Below are positions 60,301-64,000 of a DNA stretch of 64,000 nucleotides, piece after piece. Source of the DNA: Lama guanicoe (Eukaryota). The notes beneath the pieces were generated by a model. That model had not been told where the DNA came from. It made no database searches and saw only the letters and a program-made list of their open reading frames with translations. Every line of letters starts with the position of its first letter. The stretch's first letter is position 1. The stretch is from positions 2,406,507-2,470,506 of the forward strand of contig MU053376.1 in the NCBI GenBank assembly GCA_013239625.1, given 5' to 3'. The position numbers and the translations under genes were made by a program.

Positions 60301-62122
60301 CAGGGGCCTCCTGACCCAGGGCCTCAATGCTCGTGATTTCTACAGGTTTCTGAAAGTGTAATGCAGGGACCCCCTGTAACTGGCTCCTCTCTGCTGCCCC
60401 CGGGGTTTCAGCTGACCCCTTGGAGAGTGGGCCCTAGGGTGACAGCTCACATCCTTGCGGACAGTGACCAGAGCCGGTTGGCCTGGAAGGGCCAGTGCTA
60501 CCTGTACTTAAATGAGAAATGGAAGGCTTGTTGGCGCCGGACCCTGCACACGGGGCCACCTACAGAGAATACGTTTCCTTTTGTGCAGGATCTCCATTCT
60601 CCATTCAATGTTTGTCAGGCTCTTAGCCCCGGATTAACTGCACCAATGGAAAATAATCACATAATCTGTGTCTACTTGGCTGAAGTGAAGTGTAAGTCCT
60701 TCTCTCTTTGGATGCAACTGGAACTATTATTAAATGGATTCTGTATTTCCCAGACCCCACTGGATCCTGGAGGAGAGGAAGAAACCCCCAAAGTCTTAGC
60801 GAGGAACATGAGAAGTCAGCTGTGGGGTCAGGTGTTCGCCCTGAGTTACTGGGAGAGAGGGACACCCCTGCAGGTGCTTCGGACCTGAGCTCTATTTGTA
60901 CGAATGCTGGGGAGGACCTCAGGGCCCTGAGTGAATTTTTAGCTTTTGGTTCCAGCTCCCTGAACTTTTCCACTTCACTTAGCCAGGACAGGAATAAGCC
61001 AGCTCAGTGACTGAAAATAACGAATTACTGGAAATGGTTATGAAACATTTTACACGCAGGCCTAAAGGAGGAAAACAAAGACGGCTCTAAAACCTTAAAC
61101 AGGGAAGAGCCTGACCAGATATGCAGGCGGTAAGTCCAAGCACGGAGGTACTGCATCGTGATCAGGGATCTAGGCTGCAGCCGCTCTGCATTCAGTCCCC
61201 ACGAGTGTAGCTACTTCCTGTCTCTGGCCTCAGTCTTCTCGTCTGTAAAATGGGACTCGTCATACTAGCCTTACAGAAATGTTGCATCAAATGCAACATG
61301 GAATGTTAAAGCTGCTAGGGGCGTGCCTGCTATGTAGAGATACTTAAGGAGCAGTAGCAGCATTAATAAATAGCGAGGCGAGAACTGGAGAGGCTTTTTT
61401 TGGCCCCTAATGCAGAGAAACTGCCGGATCATAGGAAAGTCAATGCTTCTCTGTATCTTGGATTAGAACCCTCCATGGACAATTCCCTGATTCCAGATTC
61501 AGAGCTGGAGTGTCTCACTGACCCTCATCCCACAGATGTGGGTGTCATGCTGGCTGGGGGTATGAGATTAAAAGCCAAAGCACTGACAATACCCAGTGGT
61601 GGACTTGATCTGCTCAGCCTGCTTGGCCTCTGGCCTTTTAAGTCCAGGCTCCTGCCCCTCTCCAGGCATCCATTAGCCCATAAAGGAGAGCTGTAAGCAT
61701 TCGGGGCTGCCCCACTTCCTTCCTGGCGAAGATTTCATTCAGATCTTATCTCTGCTCAGCTCCAAGGACTTTGATCTTGGCTCTGTTCCATCCCTTTGAA
61801 CATGCACTGGCTCCTCCCGCTGGTGGACCTCGGCTTTCCCTAGAACACCCTGATCTGGCAGCCTTCCCCACTTCTGGAAGCTGCCTCTGACTCCAGTCCC
61901 TTAGCCGACACCACTCGCCTTGTCCCCTATTTCCCTAGATGGGGTGGTCAGGCAGGATGCCCCAGCTGCTGAATTCCAGACAGGATCACAGGAGATGGGA
62001 GGGAGGAGGAGGTGGGGGTCAAAACCAGGAAAGGGGTCAAGGGAACTTTGTGGGAGGGATGGGGTCTGCTCCTTCCTCTCAGAGCAGGAACAGGAGAGTC
62101 TTGTGTGGTTTTATGGTTCAGT

Positions 62123-62344
62123 GCAGGGATTAGCAAGTTATGGCTCTTGGACCAGATACAGCTTGCCGCCTGCTTCCGTAAATCAAGTTTTGTTGGAACA
62201 CAGCCAAAGTCATTCGTTTATGGATCGTCCTGGCTGCTTCTGTGCCGCCAGGGCAGAACAGAGTCTTTGCAGCAGAGACTGGACAGCTTGCAGTCTACAG
62301 CATTTACAATCTGGTCCTTGACAGAAAAGCATTGCTAACCCCTG
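62123..62344. mobile_element. MER58A relic
   Basis: Terminal inverted repeats cagggattagcaa / ttgctaacccctg; internal gttttgttggaacacagcca. Confidence 0.8.
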
Positions 62345-63796
62345 GTTTGGTGCATCAAGCTTCCCAAACAAGGAGAGATTTGATGAACGCAGTCTTGTGA
62401 GGTTGCTTCACCAAAACACAATAGCCCCAAATCCAGAGAAACGCTTGTAATGTCCCTGCCCTTCCAGGACTATTCACAATGCACCTTGGTGTATTAGAGT
62501 GCTCAAAAAATCCTGCGCAAAACCTGTTTGTTGTCTAACCCACATTTCCCAAACTTCTCTGGTCTACCAAACCTTTTTCTCGGGACGCGTCTTAACAGTC
62601 CTCAGAAGCTAGGGTTCTGTGATGCCCCTGGAACACACTAGGTAGGTGGAAGGACCCAACACAGGCTGGGATCTCCCTCATCCCTGCTCTGATGAGCTGA
62701 GTGACCGTGACTGAATTATACACCTGTAGGGCCTGCTTCCTCATTGGCTGGACGGGATAACCGTGGCTGTCCTCTCTCTCTTACAGGCGGTTCAGGCAGG
62801 TCACTGAGATCGTGTGCATGACAAGGGTCAGGAGCTAGGACTCTGGGGTCCTTGACTGTTGATGATGAGTTTTGCTCCGATACCTTGTTTAGCAAAGGCG
62901 GAGGGGGGAAGGCACAAGGTCAAGGTTGTGAATTCCCTTTTCTAGCCCTCACTCTGCTATTCCTAACTGGGTTAATTGAGGGACTTTCAACAAGTCACTT
63001 CCCCATGGGGCCTGAGTTCCTTCACCCTGGGCTACCGGTTTTAGACTGGTTAATCTCTGAGGGTCTACTAGCTCTGCAATTCTGTGCTTCCATTTGGTTA
63101 TGACAGGCAACTTCCCTACTCACCCCGGTGGCTCTTTCTCTCCTGAACCTTGCTGACCGCATCACGTTGATTGGACCGGAGCGCGTCTGCGGTCAGCCCC
63201 AGCTACGAGGAGGTAACTAAAGAAGTATTTCTGGTGCTGCTGACAGCTTTGGAGGCAGGGCTGAGCCTTCTGGGAATGTCTACCTGACAATTCTTGACTT
63301 GATAGGCTAGCTTTTCTAGGCTTGCCTTCTCTTCTCTCCCATTGCTCAAGGGCTGCTCTGTCCAAACATGCAGTTCAGACAGCCTGTTGACAGATCCAGC
63401 AAAACAAAAGCATAGATGTGAGTCCTGAAAAGACAGTGGGCCTAAGAGTGGAGCAAAATTCCCCCAACAGGCATGAGGTAAACTGACGATGAAGCAGAAT
63501 CCACATCAAATTCCTCTTTGCCACCTTCTCTCTTATCTGCCCCTCTGACCACAGCCATTTTCCAGCTTCATCAATGGTCCTTGATATCACGGATTTATTT
63601 ATTTTTCTTTGATAGCGCAGATTTATAAGCAGTTGAATAAGAGGAGCTTTATGAAGAAGATGCAGACCTACTGAAAATCCCTCCTCTTCCATGAATTTAG
63701 GAAAATCCCAGAAAATCTTGACTGGGTCAAAAGATTGACAGCGTGATAAGTATGGGGCCAAATGGGGAGGGATGAATTAGGGACAAGTGTTCTTTC

Positions 63797-63836
63797 CTTT
63801 TTTAGGGGGGAGCAGGGAGTAGGTAATTAGGTTTGT

Positions 63837-63884
<48 letters not shown>

Positions 63885-63959
63885 TGGAGGGACTAGGGAT
63901 TGAACCCAGGACCTAGTGCATGCTAAGCATGCGCTCTACCACTGAGCTAGACCCTCCCC
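63797..63959 (-). mobile_element. Vic-1-like SINE with an expanded (TTTA)n tail
   Basis: The minus strand reads ggggagggtctagctcagtggtagagcgcatgcttagcatgcactaggtcctgggttcaatccc, which is tRNA-Ala-like, followed by (taaa)n and cctaattacc. Confidence 0.88.
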
Positions 63960-64000
63960 TTTGCCAGTTCTCTTCTTTTTGTTCCCTATATTGGGATCTA

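Noticed and set aside
60361..60888. 175-aa ATG-initiated ORF
   Set aside because: No recognisable domain or exon structure; treated as a chance ORF. A BLASTP or PhyloCSF hit would be needed to revive it.
63885..63959. tRNA-Ala gene (also similar segments at about 4980, 44890 and 46320)
   Set aside because: The tRNA-like head is followed by a SINE-specific tail, A-rich repeats and, in two copies, TSDs, and the stems are imperfect. These are SINEs, not tRNA genes.
1..64000. A novel multi-gene system, CRISPR array or prokaryotic operon
   Set aside because: The window is intron-rich mammalian DNA. All convincing coding signal is explained by IL24, FCMR and PIGR, and I saw no regularly spaced repeat-spacer array.
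59000..64000. FCAMR terminal exons, expected next to PIGR by synteny
   Set aside because: I could recognise no FCAMR-like coding sequence; the gene probably lies just beyond the window.

Overview
This window is mammalian genomic DNA from the IL10-family / Ig-receptor cluster. It is most likely camelid, judging from four copies of a tRNA-Ala-derived Vic-1-type SINE. I reconstructed three complete, intact protein-coding genes by hand, each with GT-AG introns and consistent phases. IL24 (+) has 5 coding exons at 11607-15421 and encodes 183 aa. FCMR/FAIM3, the IgM Fc receptor (-), has 8 coding exons at 31108-17325 and encodes 419 aa. PIGR (-) has a non-coding exon 1 at about 53860-53734 plus 10 coding exons at 46688-37828, and encodes 762 aa. 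The rest is intronic or intergenic DNA with L1, L2, MIR, MLT1 LTR and MER (hAT) relics, microsatellites and recognisable regulatory motifs. I found no new gene system, and most ORF-track entries are spurious. The most notable observations are: the human-equivalent IL24 start codon reduced to a 3-codon uORF; FCMR's first canonical polyA hexamers coinciding with the IL24 AU-rich elements; a 67-bp near-identical direct repeat bracketing the FCMR Ig-domain exon; three co-oriented CTCF motifs; and an inverted pair of STAT6-type sites in PIGR intron 1. Comparisons with human, mouse, rabbit and cattle are from memory, not from alignments, and repeat subfamily names are by recognition only.
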